Part shown: positions 35,628 through 43,057 of the stretch, one piece after another | Layout: each line of letters starts with the position of its first letter | How positions within the stretch are numbered: position 1 is the first letter of the stretch | Virus record (IMG/VR): IMGVR_UViG_3300043185_000025 | Source: a virus | DNA length: 47,780 nucleotides | Strand: one strand, 5' to 3' | Notes under the pieces: generated by a model | What the model saw: only the letters and a program-made list of their open reading frames with translations | Told to the model about the DNA's origin: nothing | Database searches by the model: none | Made by a program: the position numbers and the translations under genes

Positions 35628-36002
35628 TTATTTAACGCCCTTTCGAAGAATAAAAGCGATTCGTTTGGCTACCTCAACATCGTTTGTTTTTTCCGGGATT
35701 AAGTCTTTGCCATCCTTACCTGTTACCTCAACAGCCGCTAACTTAGGATGACAGTATGGTGCAGCGTCTTTTGCGGCGGCTAATCTGAGAGAGTGCCAGC
35801 CGGAAAGCGCAGTGATCGTTTCGACAGACAATGGCGCTGAAGCCAATTGCTCTTTGAGTTCGGGTGGAACGTCGGCGCGCATCACTTGGAGAAGGTACTC
35901 AAGCGGCGTAATACCTGATTCAGCAATTTGCTGAACGCGCTCAACTGTTGCTTTATTCGGTGTTCCTTTTTTTCTTCCACCTGTTTTTTTTCCAAAAGCC
36001 AT
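35628..36002 (-). CDS. Small DNA-binding protein, possibly the terminase small subunit
   Basis: Basic N-terminus GGRKKGTPNK, then PLEYLLQVMRAD...AAKDAAPYCHPKL, which I recall from proteins annotated as small terminases. First gene of the late operon. Confidence 0.35.
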   Translation of the reverse strand: MAFGKKTGGRKKGTPNKATVERVQQIAESGITPLEYLLQVMRADVPPELKEQLASAPLSVETITALSGWHSLRLAAAKDAAPYCHPKLAAVEVTGKDGKDLIPEKTNDVEVAKRIAFILRKGVK

Positions 36003-36088
36003 TAAATATTTCCGTAAGTCATTGAATCTACAAAATCTCTACTAAAGAAAAAAACAAATTAAACAAAAAATACACTATAGAATTCAAA

Positions 36089-36103
36089 AGTGTTAACGAA
36101 AAA
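36089..36103 (-). promoter_or_regulatory. Conserved 15-mer (minus strand ATTTTTCGTTAACAC), copy upstream of the late operon
   Basis: Identical to 28888..28902. Lies about 90 nt upstream of the terS-like start. Confidence 0.45.
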
Positions 36104-36114
36104 TAGTTGTTGTG

Positions 36115-36174
36115 GTGACAATCTACGTCACATTGTGACAATTTTTGGTAAATAAGTGACGCATTACATCACTT
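36115..36174. promoter_or_regulatory. Cluster of GTGAC/GTCAC operator-like repeats in the AT-rich switch region
   Basis: GTGACAAT occurs at 36115 and 36135, with GTCAC at 36127 between them. AAGTGA-9 nt-TCACTT forms an inverted repeat at 36154..36174. Confidence 0.45.
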
Positions 36175-36330
36175 GTGGATAACTGTATTTCTTATTTATC
36201 AATAGTTTAACTGTTGGCATGCGTGCTGCATTGTATTGTGTGTAGCACACAACAACCAGACGCGGTTATAGTATCCGGTAGTTATAACTTCCGATTTGTC
36301 AAAAAAAGATTGATTCATGAGGCGCTAAGC

Positions 36331-36468
36331 ATGTTTAATGCATTAATTCTATTACTATTAATGACTCTTTCGGGCTGTGTGATCGGCGAGCTGCATTTGT
36401 TGTCCGTGCAGTATACCGATGCTTCAACTAATACTAAATCTTCTTGCACAAAGAATAACAATAAATAG
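36331..36468 (+). CDS. Small lipoprotein (45 aa) on the opposite strand
   Basis: Internal start of track ORF 36214..36468. It begins MFNALILLLLMTLSGC, with lipobox LSGC. GAGG lies 9 nt upstream. The surrounding DNA is AT-rich. Confidence 0.45.
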   Translation: MFNALILLLLMTLSGCVIGELHLLSVQYTDASTNTKSSCTKNNNK

Positions 36469-36471
36469 CTT

Positions 36472-36753
36472 CTACAAGCTTGAAAACTCTATAAATCTCT
36501 TCTCTGTCAATTGCGTTCCGCATACTTTTGCGTGCAAAATCAATAGCGCATGGCCGTCTGCAAATCTGGGGGAACAGCCGCGCATAATCCCTTGGAAACT
36601 CGACCATCCTCTTCCAATCGCCTCGGCCTGTTTTGAGTAGGGATAATCCCTCTGTTTCATATCCTCAATTATTGTTTTCCAGTCTATCTTCAACGGGACG
36701 ATATCAATGTGAAGTAAATAACTGTAATCACTTGATTTTGCGGTGGTGTGCAT
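36472..36753 (-). CDS. Hypothetical protein, possibly Ner-like HTH
   Basis: Starts 1 nt after the synthase stop. The segment DWKTIIEDMKQRDYPYSKQAEAIGRGWSSFQGIMRG loosely resembles Ner-type HTH proteins. Confidence 0.45.
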   Translation of the reverse strand: MHTTAKSSDYSYLLHIDIVPLKIDWKTIIEDMKQRDYPYSKQAEAIGRGWSSFQGIMRGCSPRFADGHALLILHAKVCGTQLTEKRFIEFSSL

Positions 36754-36754
36754 A

Positions 36755-37747
36755 TCAGCCGGTGAAAGAACTCTCTATTGGACTCCCAGCTTTTATCAAT
36801 TTCTTGGCCTTGGATCCCAATATTTTACGGTAATCTTTTGGATGAGCCCCCTTCGCGGGGCGTCTCAAGCCGGTATTCGACGTTGTAAATAATTCCCCGG
36901 TGTGAATATCTTGTAGGGCGTACACGGATCGGCGCAACTCGAATGAGTTTGACTCAGAATTTGACAGACCGTATTGGACCTTTCCGCAGGCGGCAGCGAC
37001 GGATTGAACTCCAACAACCATCTGCCAAAATGTCTCGGCATCTGCCGCGAAATGACTGTCTGGACCAACTTCCGAATCCAGCCGTAAATGCTTTTCTATC
37101 ACCGTGGCACCGAGCGCCGTGGCCGCCATCGGCACAACGACCCCACGGGTATGGTCTGACACGCCTACGCGACAATTAAATCTTTCACGCATATCTGGAA
37201 TTGTCAGCAAATTGTAGTCGGATGCGGACGCCGGGTAAGCCGATACGCATTTCAACAATGTGACCTTTTTTCCGTACCCCTCACAAATATCAAGAGCCGA
37301 AGCTATCTCCGCTACGGATGCCATTCCTGTCGAAAAGATAAGCTCTTTTCCAGTTTTGGCGACTGATTCTATTAGCTCAAGATCAGTCAGCTCAAAACTT
37401 GCGATCTTGTACCGGGCACAGCCCAAGCTCTCAAGAAAATCCACCGCTTCTTGAGAAAAAGGCGACGAGAAGCACTCAATCCCTGAATCCTTGGCGGCCT
37501 GGAACAATGCCCGGTGCCAGGCTAACGGCAAGGCGGCCTCTTGATAGAGGCTGTACAAGTTTTTCCCTGACCAGGGACCGTTCTTGATAACGTAATTTTT
37601 ATCCGCCACCATCGAATCGGGTGTAAAGGTTTGTAGTTTTATGGCGTTTGCGCCGGAACGGGCGGCGGATTCGATCAGCCTCATGGCACGATCTAGGTTT
37701 TGATTATGGCTAGCGCCCATTTCGGCAACGATAAATGGCGCCATCAT
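36755..37747 (-). CDS. pseI: Nonulosonic acid synthase (NeuB family, most likely pseudaminic acid synthase)
   Basis: FIVAEMGASHNQNLDRAMRLIESAARSGANAIKLQTF, KIASFELTDLELI and VGVSDHT, plus a C-terminal SAF-like tail. The neighbouring genes are pse-type. Confidence 0.8.
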   Translation of the reverse strand: MMAPFIVAEMGASHNQNLDRAMRLIESAARSGANAIKLQTFTPDSMVADKNYVIKNGPWSGKNLYSLYQEAALPLAWHRALFQAAKDSGIECFSSPFSQEAVDFLESLGCARYKIASFELTDLELIESVAKTGKELIFSTGMASVAEIASALDICEGYGKKVTLLKCVSAYPASASDYNLLTIPDMRERFNCRVGVSDHTRGVVVPMAATALGATVIEKHLRLDSEVGPDSHFAADAETFWQMVVGVQSVAAACGKVQYGLSNSESNSFELRRSVYALQDIHTGELFTTSNTGLRRPAKGAHPKDYRKILGSKAKKLIKAGSPIESSFTG

Positions 37748-38194
37748 CTATAGCTCATAAATAATTTGTTTTTGGGTAAACCCAAGCTTTTCGAACAATT
37801 TGATTGATCTTGAATTCTTTGGGTTTATGTTAGCAATAAAACTCCCGCTCCGTTTCCCCTTCGTTTCTGGAAGGGGAGTATGGTTCTGAACCAAGGCAGC
37901 CACTGACTTAAACCCAAATCCACGGCCACGCGCCTGATTAAAAATAAAAACCCCAATCTCGTTGAGCTTCGTCAGATAACAGGTACCAACCGGCGAACCT
38001 TGGTTGTAAACCAAGTACCAATACCGATACGGACGCTTTGCCACGTAAGCAACGTGTTCGGCCCACGTTGGTAACAATTTGTGACTAATGTTAACGTTCT
38101 GATCTTTCTCCGAAGATCGCTCCCTTAAAATTTCGTACAAAATCTTCTCTGCTTCCGGAACTAAGTAAATACTTCTTAGTTCAACTTCGCTCAT
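37748..38194 (-). CDS. GNAT N-acetyltransferase (PseH-like role plausible)
   Basis: Acetyl-CoA motif region QARGRGFGFKSVAAL and C-terminal NPKNSRSIKLFEKLGF. ATGA-coupled. The DNA is visibly more AT-rich than its neighbours. Confidence 0.6.
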   Translation of the reverse strand: MSEVELRSIYLVPEAEKILYEILRERSSEKDQNVNISHKLLPTWAEHVAYVAKRPYRYWYLVYNQGSPVGTCYLTKLNEIGVFIFNQARGRGFGFKSVAALVQNHTPLPETKGKRSGSFIANINPKNSRSIKLFEKLGFTQKQIIYEL

Positions 38195-38931
38195 AATCTG
38201 ACCTCCACGCCGTTATCGCGCAAATAGCAAGCAACCGTTTTCGGGGTTTCTTCGGTAAAGGCAAACATTGATCCAATGGCCACGGCGGATGCTCCAGCAT
38301 GGATGGCTTCGAGCGCATGGCTAAGCATACCGCAGCCGCCGTGGGCGATGACAGGGATATCCACCGCACCGCTAACCTTGCGTATCAATTCTAAATCAAA
38401 TCCATTCATCGTTCCTTCTCTTTCAATAGAAGTAAGAAGTATTTCTCCTGCGCCACTTCGCTCCAATTCTTTCGCCCATCCCACGGGATCGAACCTAGAT
38501 AATTTTTGTCCACAATGGGTATAAACACCCCTGCCTTTCACATCCAGCGCGGCAACAACAGCCTGCTTTCCGTATTTCTCCGATATATCCTCAATCAATC
38601 CATCAAAAGCTTTTGATCCAACAGCTATTTTATCTGCTCCGGCCTCGAACAATTTTTTCGCGTGCTCGAACTTTGATATGCCGCCGCCAATCGTGAGTGG
38701 ACAAAAACAATTAGTTGATAAATCAAATGCCGTCTTGTAATCAGGCTCTCTTCCCTCTGGGGTGGCCGTGATGTCCAGCATAATCAACTCGTCCACGCCG
38801 CGTGAATTGTGGATTAACACAGCCTGCCGGGCATGCCCAATGGAGCGCCACGACGAGAATTGTTTTCCCTTAAAAAGCTGCGCCCCCCTATAAAGCAGCG
38901 TGGGAATAACTCTTTTTGCCAGGCCCATCAA
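38191..38931 (-). CDS. HisF-like (beta/alpha)8 cyclase subunit of the WbuZ/flagellin-glycosylation-island type
   Basis: KRVIPTLLY...GVDELIMLDITAT...LTIGGGI...GADKIAVGS...GAGEILLTSIEREGTMNGFDL...IPVIAHGG all align with HisF hallmarks. Confidence 0.75.
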   Translation of the reverse strand: MMGLAKRVIPTLLYRGAQLFKGKQFSSWRSIGHARQAVLIHNSRGVDELIMLDITATPEGREPDYKTAFDLSTNCFCPLTIGGGISKFEHAKKLFEAGADKIAVGSKAFDGLIEDISEKYGKQAVVAALDVKGRGVYTHCGQKLSRFDPVGWAKELERSGAGEILLTSIEREGTMNGFDLELIRKVSGAVDIPVIAHGGCGMLSHALEAIHAGASAVAIGSMFAFTEETPKTVACYLRDNGVEVRL

Positions 38932-40006
38932 ACTCCTTCAACAAAGGTCTTCCGTTTTCCACGCGACTGAACAAATCCCAATTCGTGAAACGATCCAGGA
39001 TTGAAATTAATTCGTCGCGAGTAAGGCCAATCGCTGACAATCCTTCTTTCATCAGGACGCCCGAATAATACCCGGTCAGCAATCCATCCCTGTCCGCCAC
39101 AATATCGAGTGCCTCGGCACGGTCTATTAATCCGTAACGGATGTCCACGGACAACTGCGCGGCAAGCCTGCCATAGCCAAATTTCCGATAGCAGGCGTGA
39201 TCGTGGATTAAGGTTTGCCAGTTATCCAAGTTTTCATGCGCCCACCAGTTAGCCAAGCTTGGCAAGCTCTGCTTCATCCCCGCTTCTCGGGCGATCTTGG
39301 CGTTTTGGTGGGAATCCCACGGAATGTATTGTCCCAAGAAATGGGCCTCTACATTTCCAATGTCGCGGGGAAACTGATAACTCTGCATATCAGACTCTGT
39401 GATCCCTTCGAGACCGACGAAATCGGACGGACGAAGGCCCAAAAAACCACCAAATTCCATCGTCCATCTTCGATCCATCTTTCTATTGTCTTCGGAACCG
39501 GGCGGGCCACCGTATTCTCGTTGCGGGGATTCCCCGTAGAAAATAAGATTTATCCCGAGCGCCTTAGCCATGCGAAAAGGAACAGAAAATATACTCGCGT
39601 GCTCCGGCCAAGATATGTCGCCAACCAGCTCAAGCCCTAGACGATTAAGTTTTGATCGAATCCGTCTATTCGGTGTTACCTCGATGGTAGTAGCGAACTT
39701 GGCCAGGTTATCTATGTTGGCCCTTCCTATGGCCGTCAGGTGGCAGGTGCTGGCCGTTATCACGGTTACGTCGGCACCAAGTCCAAGCAGTGTCAAAACC
39801 TGATAATGGCTGTCCTTGCCGCCGGAGCACGGGACAATACAACGGCCTTGATGCTTCTCTAAGAGGTTCAGCAGCTCCTGCTTGCGGGAATCCCAGTCTA
39901 TTTCTGGCCGGGCTTTGTAGGCGCGGCAAGCGGAGCATTCTCCGGATTCGTCGAAATGCAAATCTGGTTTAGTGTCTGGCAGGAGACAGGTTCGGCAGCG
40001 TCTCAT
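38888..40006 (-). CDS. pseA: N-acetyl-sugar amidotransferase (PP-loop ATPase; PseA/WbpG/WbuX family)
   Basis: N-terminal Cys cluster CRTCLLPDT...CSACRAY followed by the PP-loop CSGGKDS. Confidence 0.7.
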   Translation of the reverse strand: MRRCRTCLLPDTKPDLHFDESGECSACRAYKARPEIDWDSRKQELLNLLEKHQGRCIVPCSGGKDSHYQVLTLLGLGADVTVITASTCHLTAIGRANIDNLAKFATTIEVTPNRRIRSKLNRLGLELVGDISWPEHASIFSVPFRMAKALGINLIFYGESPQREYGGPPGSEDNRKMDRRWTMEFGGFLGLRPSDFVGLEGITESDMQSYQFPRDIGNVEAHFLGQYIPWDSHQNAKIAREAGMKQSLPSLANWWAHENLDNWQTLIHDHACYRKFGYGRLAAQLSVDIRYGLIDRAEALDIVADRDGLLTGYYSGVLMKEGLSAIGLTRDELISILDRFTNWDLFSRVENGRPLLKEFDGPGKKSYSHAAL

Positions 40007-40080
40007 ATCTTTCTTAGATCGACCTTATGGCTTTTAAACGTCTTACGAATAAGATCGTGCCACTCAAATATTTCTTTCAT
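40003..40080 (-). CDS. 25-aa micro-ORF bridging the methylase and amidotransferase genes
   Basis: It translates to MKEIFEWHDLIRKTFKSHKVDLRKI. Its TGA overlaps the pseA-like ATG (ATGA), and its ATG lies 1 nt after the methylase TAG. Confidence 0.25.
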   Translation of the reverse strand: MKEIFEWHDLIRKTFKSHKVDLRKI

Positions 40081-40081
40081 A

Positions 40082-40660
40082 CTATTTCCTCAGTAGCCAG
40101 TAACTGATCCCGTTCGCATCAAACCCGCTCCCTTCGCCAAGTAAACCGTATTCCACCAGAGTAAGCCCCATTTCTTCGTACAATTTTCCATAGTTCCTTT
40201 TCCAAAGCTTCCCGGCATGGCCTCGATACTCTACCTCTGTCTCTTCTGCGGCTTCGTATTCAACAGCAAGAACGTAGTCACAGCTTGCGTCTACGATGCG
40301 ACGCATGAAGGCTTTTAGGTCTTGGGGGGCGATGTGGATGAGGACGCCAGATGTGAAAACCAATTCGGTACTTGCTGCGACAAAGTTTCTTGGAATCAAA
40401 ATAACGTCTAGTCCTGCGGTTAGTGCAATCCATATAGCGGATTCGTTCACGTCTTCCCCAGCTACCTGTACATGGTCGTTCTCGTACCTGATGGCCGAAA
40501 GGTTGTACCCAACATTGCAACCAACCTCGTACACAGACCGAGCGCCGGTTTTCTCAATGATTTTGTTCCAAAAAGGAACACGACTCTTCCACATGAAACG
40601 ATTCCTAGCGGTGTATTGATTACCGAATTCTCCTTTCCAAAATTCAACGGTATTGTTCAT
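40082..40660 (-). CDS. SAM-dependent methyltransferase (pseudaminic-acid-biosynthesis-associated methylase type)
   Basis: Start refined to MNNTVEFWKGEFGNQY. SAM motif I is VYEVGCNVGYNL. It resembles the Pse-associated methylase family as I recall it (TIGR03587). Confidence 0.6.
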   Translation of the reverse strand: MNNTVEFWKGEFGNQYTARNRFMWKSRVPFWNKIIEKTGARSVYEVGCNVGYNLSAIRYENDHVQVAGEDVNESAIWIALTAGLDVILIPRNFVAASTELVFTSGVLIHIAPQDLKAFMRRIVDASCDYVLAVEYEAAEETEVEYRGHAGKLWKRNYGKLYEEMGLTLVEYGLLGEGSGFDANGISYWLLRK

Positions 40661-40661
40661 T

Positions 40662-40976
40662 TTACAAAACCTCGCTAAGAATAGTGTCCACAACTTCAAC
40701 CGCTATCTTCCCCGGTGGCCATCGCTTGTCGGTTAAATCGCGGATAATGTGCGACGCCCTTGTTATTAACATGGTTCTCTTCTGTTCGCTCAGAATACTT
40801 TTTTTGTCGTTCGGCACAATTCCGTAGTGGCAATAATATGCAGCTCGGGCAATGCTTTCGGCCAACTGCCTGGCAGTCTCCGGATCAATCACAATTCGGT
40901 TACATTCCGCCGTGGTTTCCAGCACGACGTTTCCATCGTGGTCGCTAACGCTAAGTCTTGTATTCGTGGGGGTCAT
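40662..40976 (-). CDS. Hypothetical protein within the sugar island
   Basis: 104 aa. ATGA-coupled upstream, with its stop 1 nt before the methylase ATG. No motif recognised. Confidence 0.5.
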   Translation of the reverse strand: MTPTNTRLSVSDHDGNVVLETTAECNRIVIDPETARQLAESIARAAYYCHYGIVPNDKKSILSEQKRTMLITRASHIIRDLTDKRWPPGKIAVEVVDTILSEVL

Positions 40977-41320
40977 TCAAAAACGGTCATCTTTGACAGA
41001 TCTAGATAGCGGAACCAACGGGCACAGTCCCAAACGGGAAGCGGATCCAACTGATACTCGCCGATCCATTCTTCATCTCTAAAAATGACGCCAGCACCGG
41101 CATTCATAACAGACATGGGAACGGATACATAAGTGCGTTTCGGTATCTCAATAGAAATGGTCGGAATAGGCGCAAAAGATTTTCCGCCTTTACCCCACAA
41201 GCACCACGCGCATGCCAGCATCAACGCCGTCGTGCAACTCGTCGTCGTCACGGCATACTTTGCGCCGGTATATTCACACAAAGCCTGCTCGAAATCTTTG
41301 ACAACTTGGTATGGATTCAA
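40973..41320 (-). CDS. DegT/PseC-like aminotransferase N-terminal fragment (115 aa; remnant or repurposed domain)
   Basis: VVKDFEQALCEYTGAKYAVTTTSCTTALMLA and IEIPKRTYVSVPMSVMNAGAGVIF match the first third of DegT-family enzymes. The ORF ends before the PLP-lysine region. The TTG start overlaps the pseB-like TGA (TTGA). Confidence 0.5.
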   Translation of the reverse strand: MNPYQVVKDFEQALCEYTGAKYAVTTTSCTTALMLACAWCLWGKGGKSFAPIPTISIEIPKRTYVSVPMSVMNAGAGVIFRDEEWIGEYQLDPLPVWDCARWFRYLDLSKMTVFE

Positions 41321-42159
41321 TGGATACGCCCCAATCCTTCACGAATTTCGTCGACTGTCATGCGTCTGGCGGTGTCGCTGGAAATCATCGAGTCCATTGA
41401 TTCGTGCTTCTTCTCGAACACACCAAGACCGATTATCTTCATCTTAGCTCCCATTGCTTCGGCTAAATCCCCAAGCCTGAACGCGGGAAGTTCTGGTATT
41501 TTGAGTTCGCCGCCTTTCATTGTCTCAATGGTGCTGAGAACTAAATCAACGGCCTCTTCCACTGTCATCCAAAATCGCGTTACGTCAGGATCTGAAACGG
41601 GAACCGTGTCACTGTGTTTTAGTATCTGCGTCCACACGGGCAAAACGGATCCTGTCGATCCAATCACGTTCCCGTAGCGTACACAAGCGAACAATGGCCC
41701 ACGAACCCCCCTCGTGTTATTCGCCGCAAGGATTAATGATTCGGACATAGCTTTGCTATGTCCGTAGGCAGACACCGGAGAAAATGCCTTATCGGACGAA
41801 AGTCCGACAACTTTTTTAACTCCCGCTTCGGTCGCCGCTTCAATAACATTGATCGTACCGACGACATTGGTACGAACCATCTCTGTCGGATTATAAAAAC
41901 CAGTTTGGATTCTTTTTAGGGCAGCAGCGTGAACGACTACATCTACACCATCCATCGCGCGACGTAATCTATCTTTGTCGCGGACACAACCAACAAAATA
42001 TCGTGTGCGTTCATTTTCCCCAAATTCACGCTCCATCAAAGCGTGCTTGTGTTCGTCCCTTGAATAAATGCAGATTCTTCCCGTATTACCTAATAATAAA
42101 TTTTTTACCAGAGCCTTCCCAAAATACCCAGCACCACCAGTTATCAATATTGAATTCAT
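41317..42159 (-). CDS. pseB: UDP-sugar 4,6-dehydratase of the PseB/FlaA1/CapD extended-SDR type
   Basis: ILITGGAGYFG, IYSRDEHKH, FVGCVRDKDRL, HAAALKRIQ, SSDKAFSPVSAYGHSKAMSE, VRYGNVIGSTGSVLP and VTRFWMTVEEAVDLV. Confidence 0.7.
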   Translation of the reverse strand: MNSILITGGAGYFGKALVKNLLLGNTGRICIYSRDEHKHALMEREFGENERTRYFVGCVRDKDRLRRAMDGVDVVVHAAALKRIQTGFYNPTEMVRTNVVGTINVIEAATEAGVKKVVGLSSDKAFSPVSAYGHSKAMSESLILAANNTRGVRGPLFACVRYGNVIGSTGSVLPVWTQILKHSDTVPVSDPDVTRFWMTVEEAVDLVLSTIETMKGGELKIPELPAFRLGDLAEAMGAKMKIIGLGVFEKKHESMDSMISSDTARRMTVDEIREGLGRIH

Positions 42160-42169
42160 TATTCAGATA

Positions 42170-42385
42170 TTATTTCAGTAATGGTTTCACTCTTTTTGCC
42201 TCACTCCCTTTCTTCCCGATCCCTATCTCAAACTCCACTCTTTGCCCAGAAAAAAGGTCGCGACGACCTACCCCAACAATATTACTAAAATGCACAAACA
42301 CATCGGGTCCGCCACCGCTTGGGGTGATAAACCCATAGCCCTTTGCCTCATTCCAAAACTTAATTAAACCAGTAAGCTGATCCAT
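42170..42385 (-). CDS. csp: Cold-shock domain protein (CspA family)
   Basis: RNP1 KGYGFI and RNP2 VFVHF. 71 aa from the ATG at 42385; the track start at 42424 is a TTG. Confidence 0.85.
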   Translation of the reverse strand: MDQLTGLIKFWNEAKGYGFITPSGGGPDVFVHFSNIVGVGRRDLFSGQRVEFEIGIGKKGSEAKRVKPLLK

Positions 42386-42420
42386 TCTTAACTTAATTAG
42401 ACTTGGTTGTATAAACGCTG

Positions 42421-42741
42421 TCAATTACAAATTATAAAACCACGCTCGTAAAGCCGTCGCCAGGTGGCGCTCATGGCCATGAAAAAATAGGTTCTCTTTT
42501 CTTCCCGGCTCAATTCGCGGCCCGGCCCGTAGGCGTAGTGGCAGTCGTTGCACAGGAACGCGATAAACAGATCATCCGCTTTGCGCTTCATTCCCTTACC
42601 GTGGATTAGCATATCCGAATGCGCCGCCACCACGGTTCCGTCACGCTTTCCGCATCCCGGCCAGGTGCAGCGCTCTCCCTCGGCGGCCTTGAGCCATTCT
42701 GGTAGGTGAATACGTCCGTGTTTTTCAATCACGGTGTACAC
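42421..42741 (-). CDS. DUF1364/YbcO-like putative nuclease (Cys/His metal site)
   Basis: CTWPGCGKRDGTVVAAHS...GKGMKRKADD...LCNDCH resembles the lambdoid YbcO-type family. Confidence 0.5.
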   Translation of the reverse strand: MYTVIEKHGRIHLPEWLKAAEGERCTWPGCGKRDGTVVAAHSDMLIHGKGMKRKADDLFIAFLCNDCHYAYGPGRELSREEKRTYFFMAMSATWRRLYERGFIICN

Positions 42742-43057
42742 CGTCGATTAAATCGAAGGCCAAACCAGATCGAATCATGCCGTAAGTAACGCGAACAACC
42801 TTCCATCCAAGGATGGCCGCAACCGAATACTTCTCGCAGTCCCCTTCGAATCCTTCCCCGTGATTGTGGCGGCCTTTGACCCAGTTAGCTCCTTCTATTT
42901 CACAAGCAATTTTCTTATCGGGCCATGCCAAATCAAATTTCCAACGTCGGGTGTCGTGGAACCGGTGTTCCCGCAACATGCCAGGATACTTTTGAGCGCA
43001 CCCGGCGATAAACAGCATCCCGTTAGATTGGTTACTGGACCGCTTATTTCGTCTCAT
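42725..43057 (-). CDS. Vsr/DUF559-like PD-(D/E)xK endonuclease
   Basis: Start refined to an ATGA overlap with the upstream gene. The core reads RFHDTRRWKFDLAWPDKKIACEIEGANWVKGRHNHGEGFEGDCEKYSVAAILGWKVVRVT. Confidence 0.55.
   Translation of the reverse strand: MRRNKRSSNQSNGMLFIAGCAQKYPGMLREHRFHDTRRWKFDLAWPDKKIACEIEGANWVKGRHNHGEGFEGDCEKYSVAAILGWKVVRVTYGMIRSGLAFDLIDGVHRD

Noticed and set aside
36214-36468. Full 84-aa plus-strand ORF
   Set aside because: The N-terminal half (MACVLHCIVCSTQQ...) lies in the operator-like region without an RBS. Only the internal start at 36331, with its lipobox, looks like a gene.
36419-36833. Plus-strand ORFs 36419..36640 and 36633..36833
   Set aside because: They are antisense to orf93 and the synthase 3' end, which are translationally linked on the minus strand.
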